A stretch of 64,000 nt of DNA from Candidatus Methylomirabilia bacterium (GCA_041496385.1 JBGQEL010000002.1:14543-78542); one strand, 5' to 3'; counted from the first letter of the stretch, positions 1-8,961 are shown. Notes: generated by a model not told the origin, from the letters alone. Program-made: numbers and translations.

Positions 1-424
1 TGCCGCCGATCCAGACGTTGTCCTGGTAGTCCACGTAGATCCCGTGCTCGTTGAGCGGCCAGTCGTAGCCCGCGCCGGGGCCGCCCCACGCCTGGAGCAG
101 GTTGCCCTGCGCGTCGAGCTCGAGCACGGGCGGCGCCGGCGCGCAGCAGAGCGAGCGCGGTGGGGTGAGCACGGCGCCGCGCTCGTCCTCGGTGAGCGAG
201 CGCGGGCGCTGCAGGACCCAGACGTGGTCCTGACGGTCCACCGCCACGCCCGACGCCTGGCCGAGGATCCAGTTGTGCGGCAACGGCTTCGGCCACCACG
301 GATCCACCGCGAACCGCGGCGCGAGCCCCTCCACCGGCCGCTGCGCCGTCGCGCTCTCGATGAGCACGGCGACTCCGATCGCGAGCGCCACCGCCGCCCC
401 CGCCGCCATCACGCTGCGTCTCAT
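1..424 (-). CDS. Secreted NHL-repeat beta-propeller protein (PAL-like), truncated by window edge
   Basis: Not in the ORF track. Manual translation: MRRSVMAAGAAVALAIG...FAVDPWWPKPLPHNWILGQASGVAVDRQDHVWVLQRP...WGGPGAGYDWPLNEHGIYVDYQDNVWIGG. GGAGG RBS; overlaps the LLM stop. Confidence 0.8.
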   Translation of the reverse strand, partial: MRRSVMAAGAAVALAIGVAVLIESATAQRPVEGLAPRFAVDPWWPKPLPHNWILGQASGVAVDRQDHVWVLQRPRSLTEDERGAVLTPPRSLCCAPAPPVLELDAQGNLLQAWGGPGAGYDWPLNEHGIYVDYQDNVWIGG

Positions 425-1428
425 GGTTGAGCCTCCTCCAGGCCGAAGACCTGCGCCAGCAGCTCGTACGAGCGGCGCCGGGCCTTGACATCGTGGGTGA
501 TCGTGACGACGACGAGCTCCTCCACGCCGTACTCGGCGGCCAGGCCGAGCAGCCGCTCGCGCACCTGCTCGGGCGCGCCCGCGATCACGCGCCGCCGCGC
601 GTGCTCGACGATCCCCCGTTCGTGGTCGGTGTACGCGTACGCCTCGGCCTCCTCGACCGAGGGGTAGCGACCGGCGCGCCCGGTGTAGAGTCGCACGATG
701 AAGAGCTCGCGGCTCTTCGCGAGGCGGAGCGCCTCGGCCTCGGCGTCCGCGCAGACGACGAAGACCGCGGCGCTCGCGCGCGGCGCGGCCAGGAGCTCGG
801 AGGGCCGGAACTCGCGGGCGTAGGCGCGCGTGATCTCGGCGCCACCCTCGGCGCTGATGAAGTTCGCGAAGGAGAAGGCAAGCCCGAGCTGTGCCGCGAG
901 CATCGCGCTCTGGTCGCTCGAGCCGAGGAGCCAGACGTCGGGCGCGCCGGGGCCGCTCGGCATCGCGACGACGCGTGCGAAGGGGTGGCCCGCAGGCAGC
1001 CTCGCGCGCAGGAAGCCGACGACGTCCGCGACCTGCTGCGGGAACGCTTCGGGGGACGCCTCCGCCTTGAGGGCGCGCGCCGTGAGCTGGTCGGAGCCGG
1101 GGGCGCGGCCGAGGCCGAGGTCGATGCGCCCGGGGAAGAGCGTCTCCAGCACGCGGAAGCACTCGGCGACCTTCAACGGGCTGTAGTGCTGGAGCATGAT
1201 GCCGCCCGAGCCCACGCGGATCCGCGACGTGCGGGCGGCGACCTGGCCGATCAGCACCTCGGGGCTCGAGCCCGCGAGCCCAGGGGTCGAGTGATGCTCG
1301 GCGAGCCAGTATCGCTGGTAGCCCCAGCGGTCGCAGGCCTGCGCGAGATCGAGCGTCTCGTGGAGCGCGTCGGCGGCGGTGCCGCCGCTCCGAACCGGCG
1401 ACTGGTCGAGGACGGAAAGGCGTAGCAC
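421..1428 (-). CDS. LLM-class flavin-dependent oxidoreductase (luciferase-like)
   Basis: C-terminal part of ORF 421..3072. VLRLSVLDQSP, YWLAEHH, RIRVGSGG, GRIDLGLGRAPG. GTG start overlaps the upstream TAG. Confidence 0.9.
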   Translation of the reverse strand: MLRLSVLDQSPVRSGGTAADALHETLDLAQACDRWGYQRYWLAEHHSTPGLAGSSPEVLIGQVAARTSRIRVGSGGIMLQHYSPLKVAECFRVLETLFPGRIDLGLGRAPGSDQLTARALKAEASPEAFPQQVADVVGFLRARLPAGHPFARVVAMPSGPGAPDVWLLGSSDQSAMLAAQLGLAFSFANFISAEGGAEITRAYAREFRPSELLAAPRASAAVFVVCADAEAEALRLAKSRELFIVRLYTGRAGRYPSVEEAEAYAYTDHERGIVEHARRRVIAGAPEQVRERLLGLAAEYGVEELVVVTITHDVKARRRSYELLAQVFGLEEAQP

Positions 1429-3026
1429 TAGTTGATCCGCTTCTCCCGCCCCTTCCACTCCTTGTCGCGCAGGACGAACTTCTGCACCTTGCCGGTCGAG
1501 GTCTTCGGGAGGTCGCCGAACTCCACCGCCGCCGGGCACTTGAAGTGCGCGATGTGCTGCCGGCAGAACTCGATGATCTCCTGCGCCGTCGCCGTCCGGC
1601 CCGGCTTGAGCGTGACGAAGGCCTTCGGCCGCTCGCCCCACTTCTCGTCGGGGATCGCGACGACGGCGCACTCGAGCACGGCCGGATGCTTCGCGACGGT
1701 CTGCTCGACCTCGATGGTCGAGATGTTCTCGCCGCCCGAGATGATGATGTCCTTCTTGCGGTCGCGGAGCTCGATGTAGCCGTCGGGGTGCCACACCGCG
1801 ATGTCGCCCGAGTGGAACCAGTCGCCGCGGAAGGCCTCCGCCGTCGCCTCGCGCTGCGCGAAATAGCCCATCGCGGCGTTGTTGCCCCGCATGACGACCT
1901 CGCCGAGGGTCTCCGCGTCCTTCGGGACGTCGGTCATGTTGGCGTCGACGACCCGCACGAGGTCGAAGAGGGCGTAGCCTTGGCCCTGCCGCGCGGCGAC
2001 GCGCGCCTGCTCGTCGATCGGCAGCGCGTTCCACTCCTCGTGCCACGCGCACACGGTGTGGGGCCCGTAGGTCTCGGTGAGGCCGTAGACGTGGACGGGT
2101 CGGAAGCCGAGCTCCTTCATCCTGGCCAGGAGCGTCGGCGACGGCGGGGCGCCGGCGACCGTGACCGTCACCGGCCGTGTGAGCGTGTGGGCCTTCGGGT
2201 CGTTGATGACGCCGATGTGGACGGTGGGCGCGCCGTTGTAGTGGGTGATGCCCTCCGCGTCGATCATGTCCCAGATGCGCGTGGACTCGACCTTGCGGAG
2301 GCAGACGTGGGTGCCCCCGACGGCCGTGACGCCCCACGTGAAGCACCAGCCGTTGCAGTGGAACATCGGCAGCGTCCAGAGATAGCGGGCGTCGAAGCTC
2401 ATTGCCGTCTCGATGACCTCGCCGATCGCGTTGACCCACGCGCCCCGGTGCGAGTACATCACGCCCTTCGGCCGGCCCGTCGTGCCCGAGGTGTAGTTGA
2501 TGGCGAGCAGCTCCTCCTCGTCCTTGAGCCAGCTCTCGACCGACGCGGGCGAGCCGGTCGCGAGGAAATCCTCGTACGGGTCGCCGGCGGCGCCCGTGTC
2601 GTCGACGCGGATCACGCGGAGCCCCGAGAGATCGAGCGGCTTCACGACGGGCTCGAACTCCGCGTCCACGAACAGGAACCGAGCGCCGCAATGCGTGAGG
2701 ATGTAGCCGATCTCGTCCGAGCTCAGCCGGATGTTGATCGCCACGAGGACGCCGCCCGCCAGGGGGACGCCGTAGTGCGCCTCGAGCATCGCCGGCGTGT
2801 TCGGGCAGAGGAACGCCACGCGGTCGAGCTTCTCGAGGCCCGCGCGGCGCAGGCCCGAGGCGAGCCGGTTCGCGCGCGCCTCGAGCTGCGCGTAGGTGTA
2901 GCGGCGCCCGCCGTGCACGACGGCGGTCTTCTGCGGGAACACGTAGGCGCTGCGCGCGAGGAAGCTCACCGGCGTGAGCTCCGTCCGGTAGACGTGGCGA
3001 AAGTCGAGGTGGCGAAACTCGCTCAT
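1428..3026 (-). CDS. Acyl-CoA synthetase (AMP-forming, medium/long-chain or DmdB-like)
   Basis: MSEFRHLDF start with GGAGG RBS; INYTSGTTGRPKG, YGLTETYGP, FHSGD, DRKKDIIISGGENI, PKTSTGK. Confidence 0.92.
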   Translation of the reverse strand: MSEFRHLDFRHVYRTELTPVSFLARSAYVFPQKTAVVHGGRRYTYAQLEARANRLASGLRRAGLEKLDRVAFLCPNTPAMLEAHYGVPLAGGVLVAINIRLSSDEIGYILTHCGARFLFVDAEFEPVVKPLDLSGLRVIRVDDTGAAGDPYEDFLATGSPASVESWLKDEEELLAINYTSGTTGRPKGVMYSHRGAWVNAIGEVIETAMSFDARYLWTLPMFHCNGWCFTWGVTAVGGTHVCLRKVESTRIWDMIDAEGITHYNGAPTVHIGVINDPKAHTLTRPVTVTVAGAPPSPTLLARMKELGFRPVHVYGLTETYGPHTVCAWHEEWNALPIDEQARVAARQGQGYALFDLVRVVDANMTDVPKDAETLGEVVMRGNNAAMGYFAQREATAEAFRGDWFHSGDIAVWHPDGYIELRDRKKDIIISGGENISTIEVEQTVAKHPAVLECAVVAIPDEKWGERPKAFVTLKPGRTATAQEIIEFCRQHIAHFKCPAAVEFGDLPKTSTGKVQKFVLRDKEWKGREKRIN

Positions 3027-3131
3027 GGACCGTTCCTCCGACCTGGTTTGGGTCAGTGTACCCCAGGAGCACTTGCGCCGGGCGCCGACACCGACTGCCC
3101 TCCCGACGAATCCTGACTCGAGGAGGGACGC

Positions 3132-3995
3132 ATGAGCGACGTGTCTCGGCGCGAGCTGCTGCAGGCCGCGGGGGTGCTCGGCGTGGCGGCCGCCTTCACC
3201 GGCACCGCGATCGCCCAGGGCCGGCCCACGGCGGACGACTTCATCCGCACCGTCAAGGGGGCGAGGATGTTCGACCTCTCGTTCGTCTGGAACGAGCAGT
3301 CGCCCGTCCTCAGCCTGAATCCGCCCTACGCCTTCGCGCTCAACCGCACGCACAAGATGACCCACGAGATCTTCGGCCAGGTCCCGGGGAGTCGCGTCTC
3401 CTGGGCGTCGGCCATGGCCATCATGTACTTCAGCGGCCAGCACGGCGCGCCGACGATCGACGCCAATCTCGGCATGGAGAGCTTCCCCGCGGACCTCATG
3501 GTGAACCGCGCGGTCCTCCTGGATGTCGCGCGCCAGATCGCCGGTGGCCGGCCGGACCCGCTGCCGCCGGGCTTCGAGATCACGGGTGCGCACCTCGAGC
3601 AGACGATGCGGGCGCAGAGCGTGGAGGTGCGGCGCGGCGACTCCCTCCTGATCCGCACCGGGTGGGGCCAGTACTTCGCGAAGGACAACGCCAAGTATCT
3701 CGGCGAGCAGTCGCCCGGGCCGGGTCAGGACGGCGCGCGCTGGATCATCGACAAGGGCGTCCGGCTCGCGGGCGACGACACCGCGACGTTCGAGAAGCGG
3801 CCGGCGGCCTACGGCCGCGAGCTGTTCAGCGTCCACATGATGCTGCTCGCGGACAACGGCATCTACATCGTCGAGAACGCGAACCTCGAGCCGCTCGGCG
3901 ACGCCAAGGCGTACGTCGCCCTCCTGGTCCTGACGCCGCTCCGGATCCAGGGCGCGACGGGCTCGCCGCTCCGCGCGATCGCGCTCGCCCCCTGA
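3132..3995 (+). CDS. Tat-exported cyclase / kynurenine-formamidase-family protein (metal motif looks truncated)
   Basis: SRRELL twin-arginine signal; RAVLLDVA, GDSLLIRTGW, GIYIVEN, PLRIQGATGSPLR. Confidence 0.8.
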   Translation: MSDVSRRELLQAAGVLGVAAAFTGTAIAQGRPTADDFIRTVKGARMFDLSFVWNEQSPVLSLNPPYAFALNRTHKMTHEIFGQVPGSRVSWASAMAIMYFSGQHGAPTIDANLGMESFPADLMVNRAVLLDVARQIAGGRPDPLPPGFEITGAHLEQTMRAQSVEVRRGDSLLIRTGWGQYFAKDNAKYLGEQSPGPGQDGARWIIDKGVRLAGDDTATFEKRPAAYGRELFSVHMMLLADNGIYIVENANLEPLGDAKAYVALLVLTPLRIQGATGSPLRAIALAP

Positions 3996-4020
3996 GGCGG
4001 CGCGACCGCGCGGCGCTCCG

Positions 4021-4653
4021 TCAGCGCGGCTGGGGGGTGAGGCGGAGGTACGGCTTGAGGGCGCGCCAGCCCTTGGGGAACTTCGCCTTCGCCTCCTCGT
4101 CGCTCACCGCGGGCACGATGATGACGTCCTCGCCCTGCTTCCAGTTGACGGGCGTCGCGACCCGGTGGGCGTCGGTCAGCTGGAGCGAGTCGATCACGCG
4201 CAGGATCTCGTCGAAGTTCCGCCCGGTCGTCTGCGGATAGGTGATCATCAGGCGGATCTTCTTCTTGGGATCGATGACGAACACGGTGCGCACCGTGTAG
4301 ACCTCGTCGTGCGCCGGGTGGATCATGCCGTACAGGCCCGCCACCTTCTTCTCCGGATCCGCGACGATCGGGAAGTTCGGCGCGTGGCCCTGCGTCTCCT
4401 TGATGTCAAGCGCCCAGGCGCGGTGCGAGTCCACGGGGTCGATCGAGAGGCCGATCGCTTTCACATTCCGCTTGTCGAACTCCGGCTTGAGCCGCGCGAC
4501 GTAGCCGAGCTCCGTCGTGCAGACGGGCGTGAAGTCGCGCGGGTGCGAGAAGAGGACGGCCCAGCCGCCGGCGAGCCACTGGTGGAAGCGGATCGGGCCT
4601 TCCGTGCTGTCGGCGCTGAAGTCCGGGGCGAGATCTCCGAGTCTGAGGCTCAT
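4021..4653 (-). CDS. 1-Cys peroxiredoxin (Prx6 subfamily)
   Basis: MSLRLGDLAPDF; FSHPRDFTPVCTTELG; GRNFDEILRVIDSLQ; ATPVNWK. Confidence 0.95.
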   Translation of the reverse strand: MSLRLGDLAPDFSADSTEGPIRFHQWLAGGWAVLFSHPRDFTPVCTTELGYVARLKPEFDKRNVKAIGLSIDPVDSHRAWALDIKETQGHAPNFPIVADPEKKVAGLYGMIHPAHDEVYTVRTVFVIDPKKKIRLMITYPQTTGRNFDEILRVIDSLQLTDAHRVATPVNWKQGEDVIIVPAVSDEEAKAKFPKGWRALKPYLRLTPQPR

Positions 4654-5624
4654 CGATGGTCTCCTTTCGTCGTTGCGACCCTGACGATGTAGTCCACGAA
4701 GGGCGGGAACGGATCGAATCCGAGCACGCGCGGCGCGTCGGCGACGAAGTTCGACGTCGCGTTGACGTCGTAGAAGTACGCGAGGCCGTCGGCCTCGCTC
4801 ACCAGGTACTCGATGCCGCCGACGTCGATGGATGCCGCGTGCGCGAGGGCGAGCACCTGCGCAACGACCTCGGCCGGGGCGTCGTACCGGCTGACGCTGA
4901 GCCCCGGTCTCGCGTCCACCGGGCAGGCGTTGAGCTCCGCGGCGGCGGCCGTAGCCGGCGCCTGGCAGATGTCCGCCGGGCAGAGGTTGAAGTCGGCGGC
5001 GGTCCGCACGATGCGGATGGCGTACAGGTAGCGACCGTCCAGCACCTCGACACGGACGATCGCGCCGTCCACAGGCTCGATGTACTCCTGGAGCAGGGCG
5101 ACGCCGTCCGGGCCGAAGTCGAGTGCGGCCGCGCGCGCCTCGAGCCCGGCGCGCGAGTCGAAACGCTCGATGAGCGCGCCCGAGCCGCCGACGTTCGGCT
5201 TGACGACCGCCGGGAACCGAACGCCCTCGCTCGCCTTGGCGAGCTGCTCCCGGTCGTTGACGACGAGCGTTCGCGGGTAGCGCACGCGCAGCCGCTCGAA
5301 CAGGCCGATCTGCAGCGCTTTGGACTTCTCGAAGCGCCAGGCCGCCACCGGGTTGATCACGGGGACGTCGAGCGCCTCCCAGTGGGCGAGCAGCGGCTCG
5401 GCGTAGAACAGCACGCTGCCGTGGCCGCGCCGGTGGGACGACGGGCTCGTCCGGTTGACGATGACGGAGTAGCGCGGGCTCCTCTCCCGCGGATCGAACG
5501 CGTGGCTCGAGTGGTCGATCTTCTCGAACGGCAGCCTGCGGTGCTGGAGCTCGGCGATCAGCCGCGCCGACCACTCGGGGTGCTCGTCGAGGACGCCGAT
5601 CGGTGCCGAGAGAGGCGTGGTCAT
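4650..5624 (-). CDS. ATP-grasp ligase (RimK/glutathione-synthetase-like fold)
   Basis: MTTPLSAPIG start, ATGA overlaps on both sides; VVKPNVGGSG, LLQEYI, GGIEYL, YDVNATSNF. Confidence 0.8.
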   Translation of the reverse strand: MTTPLSAPIGVLDEHPEWSARLIAELQHRRLPFEKIDHSSHAFDPRERSPRYSVIVNRTSPSSHRRGHGSVLFYAEPLLAHWEALDVPVINPVAAWRFEKSKALQIGLFERLRVRYPRTLVVNDREQLAKASEGVRFPAVVKPNVGGSGALIERFDSRAGLEARAAALDFGPDGVALLQEYIEPVDGAIVRVEVLDGRYLYAIRIVRTAADFNLCPADICQAPATAAAAELNACPVDARPGLSVSRYDAPAEVVAQVLALAHAASIDVGGIEYLVSEADGLAYFYDVNATSNFVADAPRVLGFDPFPPFVDYIVRVATTKGDHR

Positions 5625-6400
5625 CGTATCGCTCCCATGGGAATCGGAAGGGCCTGCTCGGGGAACCACCGGAGGCGCCGGCGAAGCGCGACGACGTCGC
5701 CGATCACGGCGACGACCGGCGGCTCGAGCCTCGCGCGCGCCGCGCGGCCGGCGATGTCGTCGAGACGTCCGGTCAGAGTCTCCTGGAGATCGGTCGTCCC
5801 CCAGCGCACGAGGGCGACGGGTGTCGCGGGCGAGCGGCCCTGGGCGATCAGCGCCCGCGTGATGCGCGGGAGCGCGCGCGCGCCCATCAGCACGACGAGC
5901 GTGTCGGCCGCCCCGGCGAGTCGCGCCCAGTCCACGCTCGCCCCGCGCTTGACCGCGTCCTCGTGGCCCGTGACGACCGCGAAGGAGGAGGCGACGCCCC
6001 GGTGGGTCAGCGGGATGCCGGCGTAGGCGGGCACCGCGACCGCAGACGTGACGCCGGGGACGACCTCGAACGGCACGCCCGCGCGCGCCAGCGCTTCGGC
6101 CTCCTCGCCGCCCCGGCCGAAGACGAAGGGATCGCCGCCCTTGAGCCGCACCACGCGCCGCCCGCGGCGCGCGTGCCGGACGAGGAGCGCATTGATCCGA
6201 GCCTGGGGCAGCGCGTGGCGTCCGGCGGCCTTGCCCGCGAACACGCGGCGGGCGCGCGGTGCCTCGTCGAGGAGCCGGGGGTGCACCAGCCGGTCGTAGA
6301 CGACGACCTCGGCCTGCCGGAGCAAGTCGCGGCCGCGCACCGTGATGAGCCCGGGATCGCCGGGCCCGGCGCCGACGAGCGCGACCGTCCCGGCGGTCAT
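5621..6400 (-). CDS. cobA: Uroporphyrinogen-III C-methyltransferase
   Basis: VGAGPGDPGLIT, VYDRLV, RLKGGDPFVFGRGGEE, VPGVTS. Confidence 0.95.
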   Translation of the reverse strand: MTAGTVALVGAGPGDPGLITVRGRDLLRQAEVVVYDRLVHPRLLDEAPRARRVFAGKAAGRHALPQARINALLVRHARRGRRVVRLKGGDPFVFGRGGEEAEALARAGVPFEVVPGVTSAVAVPAYAGIPLTHRGVASSFAVVTGHEDAVKRGASVDWARLAGAADTLVVLMGARALPRITRALIAQGRSPATPVALVRWGTTDLQETLTGRLDDIAGRAARARLEPPVVAVIGDVVALRRRLRWFPEQALPIPMGAIR

Positions 6401-7026
6401 GCCCGCACGCCGAGACGCTCGAGGACGTGGCGCTTGGCCGCGTCCCGTCCGCGTTCGACGATGAGCCGGCGCGTCTCCGGCCCGAGCGCGTTCCGCCAGA
6501 GGTCGGCAGTGGCGACGCGGCCCTCGGCGCGGAGCTCGCGGCGCGCCTCGGCGGCGATCTCGGCGAGCGTCGCGTAGTCGGCGGTGAGGACACGCTCCAG
6601 CTCCTCGCGGACGGTCCGCGCGAGCGCGGGCGAGGTCCCGCCGGTCCCGACCGCGACGACAAGGTCGCCGCGGCGGACGAGCGCCGGCAGGAAGAAGTCG
6701 CAGTGCGCCGGGTCGTCCGCGGCGTTGACCCAGACGCCGCGCCGGCGGCCCTCGAGCGCCACCGCGGCGTTGACCTCACCCGCGTCCGTGGCCGCGAACG
6801 CCAGGTCGAAGCCCGCCAGGTCGCCGGCGCCATAGCCGCGCGCCAGGTGCTGGAGCCGCCCGGCGCCGACGAGCGCGGCGAGCGCCGGCGTCAGCGCCGG
6901 CGCGACGACGGTCACACTCGCGCCGGCCGCCAGGAGACCGTCCACCCTGCGCTCGGCGACGACACCGCCGCCCACGACGACGCAGCGCCAGCCCGCCAGG
7001 TCGAGCACGATCGGGTAGGCGGCCAC
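6397..7026 (-). CDS. sirC: Precorrin-2 dehydrogenase/sirohydrochlorin ferrochelatase (SirC/Met8, CysG N-terminal type)
   Basis: GTG start; YPIVLDL, VVGGGVVAERR, VNAADDPAHCDF, GTGGTSPALA. Confidence 0.9.
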   Translation of the reverse strand: MAAYPIVLDLAGWRCVVVGGGVVAERRVDGLLAAGASVTVVAPALTPALAALVGAGRLQHLARGYGAGDLAGFDLAFAATDAGEVNAAVALEGRRRGVWVNAADDPAHCDFFLPALVRRGDLVVAVGTGGTSPALARTVREELERVLTADYATLAEIAAEARRELRAEGRVATADLWRNALGPETRRLIVERGRDAAKRHVLERLGVRA

Positions 7027-7027
7027 C

Positions 7028-8725
7028 TCAGCCGTCCACACCGTGCGGCGCGCTCCCCGGCGAGGCGTCGCGCGCGACCGACTCGACCAGCGTGCCCGCC
7101 AGCAGCGCGCGCAGCTCATCCTCGCTGTGACGCGCGGCAAACGGCCTGAAGTTCTCGCCCGGGAACCGGTCCAGGAGATAGGCGCGGAGCAGGCGCTCGA
7201 TCGCCGGCGCGACCTCCGTCGCCGGCACGCGCAGCCCGATAGGCCGCGCCACGGCCTGGTGCAGGCCGAGAGCGCCGCCGACGCAGAAGTAGTAGGCGTC
7301 CACGAGCGCGCCGTCCACCTTCGCCTTCTTGCCCTCGATGCCGAGGTCGGCGATCCAGTGCTGGCCGCAGCTGTTCGGGCACCCGGTGACGTGGATCTTC
7401 AGGTGCTGCTCGAACCCTGGCAGCCGCGCCTCGAGCGCCTCGACGAGGCGCCGCGCGAAGCCCTTGGTCTCGGTGAGCGCGAGCTTGCAGAACTCCGAGC
7501 CCGTGCAGGCCACGGTGCCGCGCCGGAAGGGCGAGGCCTCCAGCGGGAGCCCGGCCGCCTCGAGCGCCTGCGCGAGCGCGCCGCCATGCTCGCGTCGGAC
7601 GTTCGGGATGAGGAGATTCTGCAAGTGCGTCGTGCGGATCTCGCCGGAGCCGAAGCGGTCGGCGAGGTCGGCGACCGCGCGCATGGCGGCCGGCGCGAGC
7701 CGCCCGCGCAGGACTGCGACGCCGGCGTAGACATAGCCCGGCTGCTTCTGCGGGTGGATTCCGACGTGATCGCGGTACACGTCGTCCGGCGGATCGTCCG
7801 GCACGCCCGGCTCGAGGGCCACGCCGAGCCGTTCCTCGATCGCGGCCTGGAAGCGCGCCGCCGTCCAGCCGTGCTGCAGGAAGAGGAACTTGAGCCGCGC
7901 CTTCTCGCGGTTCTGGCGTAGCACGTCGGAGTCGCGGAAGATCTCCGAGCTCGCGCGCAGGACCGGCAGGGCCTGGTGCCAGGGCACGAAGGCGTCGAGC
8001 CGCAGTGCCAGGTGCGGGTCGGTGGAGAGACCGCCGCCCACGCGCACGGCGAACCCGATCTCACCCGTCGCCGGGTGGCGCTGCGCCGTGAGCCCGACGT
8101 CGTTGATCTCCGGATAGGAGCACCACGCGCGGCAACCGGTGATCGTCACCTTGTACTTGCGCGGGAGGTTGTAGAAGGCGGGATTGCCGTTGAGCATCCG
8201 CGTCGCCGCGTGCACGAGCGGCGAGGCGTCGACCAGCTCGTCCCTGTCCGCGCCGGCGAGTGGGCAGCCCGTGACGTTGCGCGTGACGTCGCCGCACGAG
8301 CCGAGCGTCGTGACGCCGTTGAGCCAGAGCGTCTGGAACACCTCCGGGAGGCTTTCAAGGGCCACCCAGTGGAGCTGGATGTTCTGGCGCACGGTGACGT
8401 CGGCGACGCCGCGCGCGTGGCGCTCGGCGAGGTCGGCGATCGTCCGCAGCTGATGCGACTGGAGCGCGCCGTTCGGGATCCGGATGCGCACCATGAAGTG
8501 GCGCGTGGCCTTGCCCTCGCCGCCCTTGCCGCCGACGGCGCCGACGCCGTCACCCTGCGTGTAGATGCCCCACCAGCGGAAGTACGTCCCGATCCACTCC
8601 GGCGGGATCGCCTCCCATCCCTCGCGCGCGAAGCGGACGATCTCGGCGTACGCCTCCCACGGATTCTGCTCACGCTTGAGCCGCTCGACGCGCTGAGCCT
8701 TCGTCTCCTGGACGGCTTCGCTCAC
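7028..8725 (-). CDS. sir: Siroheme/[4Fe-4S] sulfite (or nitrite) reductase, ferredoxin type
   Basis: GTG after GGAGG; FMVRIRIP, TVRQNIQ, NLPRKYK; cluster ligands CTGSEFC and GCPNSC; adjacent siroheme synthesis genes. Confidence 0.88.
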   Translation of the reverse strand: MSEAVQETKAQRVERLKREQNPWEAYAEIVRFAREGWEAIPPEWIGTYFRWWGIYTQGDGVGAVGGKGGEGKATRHFMVRIRIPNGALQSHQLRTIADLAERHARGVADVTVRQNIQLHWVALESLPEVFQTLWLNGVTTLGSCGDVTRNVTGCPLAGADRDELVDASPLVHAATRMLNGNPAFYNLPRKYKVTITGCRAWCSYPEINDVGLTAQRHPATGEIGFAVRVGGGLSTDPHLALRLDAFVPWHQALPVLRASSEIFRDSDVLRQNREKARLKFLFLQHGWTAARFQAAIEERLGVALEPGVPDDPPDDVYRDHVGIHPQKQPGYVYAGVAVLRGRLAPAAMRAVADLADRFGSGEIRTTHLQNLLIPNVRREHGGALAQALEAAGLPLEASPFRRGTVACTGSEFCKLALTETKGFARRLVEALEARLPGFEQHLKIHVTGCPNSCGQHWIADLGIEGKKAKVDGALVDAYYFCVGGALGLHQAVARPIGLRVPATEVAPAIERLLRAYLLDRFPGENFRPFAARHSEDELRALLAGTLVESVARDASPGSAPHGVDG

Positions 8726-8735
8726 CGGTTCCTCC

Positions 8736-8780
8736 AAAGCGAAACCGGGAGGTGGGCGTGTCGCTCGCCCGTCCTCCCGG
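8736..8780 (-). terminator. Intrinsic terminator-like hairpin in the sir leader (candidate attenuator)
   Basis: Minus strand CCGGGAGG-ac-GGGCG-agcgaca-CGCCC-a-CCTCCCGG followed by TTTCGCTTT, then GGAGG and the sir start. Confidence 0.7.
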
Positions 8781-8826
8781 CTCTGGGTCTTCGTTGTCGA
8801 GACTGGCCGTTACGACGGCACCACGG

Positions 8827-8898
8827 TCACCCGATGTACTGACGTAGCGATCTCTCCCGCGCTTTACATCGCACTCGAGCCAACCGCTCCGGCGCCAT
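8827..8898 (-). CDS. Putative leaderless leader peptide MAPERLARVRCKARERSLRQYIG (23 aa)
   Basis: Only 6 nt separate the -10 box from the ATG at 8898; TGA at 8827-8829; single Cys codon; lies upstream of the terminator and the sulfur operon. Confidence 0.65.
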   Translation of the reverse strand: MAPERLARVRCKARERSLRQYIG

Positions 8899-8904
8899 GA
8901 CGGA

Positions 8905-8933
8905 AAACTACTATTCCCTATCGGCATTGTCAA
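8905..8933 (-). promoter_or_regulatory. Sigma70-type promoter of the sir operon
   Basis: TTGACA (8933-8928), 17-nt spacer, TAGTTT (8910-8905), inside an AT-rich patch. Confidence 0.75.
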
Positions 8934-8948
8934 GAATGATTTCGGCCA

Positions 8949-8961
8949 TATGTTAAACATA
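8949..8961. promoter_or_regulatory. Palindrome TATGTT-A-AACATA, candidate transcription-factor site
   Basis: Perfect 6-1-6 AT-rich inverted repeat in the divergent sir/prpE intergenic region. Confidence 0.4.

Noticed and set aside
8736-8900. SAM-I or cobalamin riboswitch upstream of sir/cobA
   Set aside because: I could not find the SAM-I core (ATC-AGAG...GCAACC...GTGC) or a B12 box by eye; an Rfam scan is still advisable.
8670-8960. 96-aa minus-strand ORF across the sir leader
   Set aside because: It runs through the promoter and terminator and overlaps the sir start out of frame; the 23-aa leaderless ORF fits the promoter geometry better.
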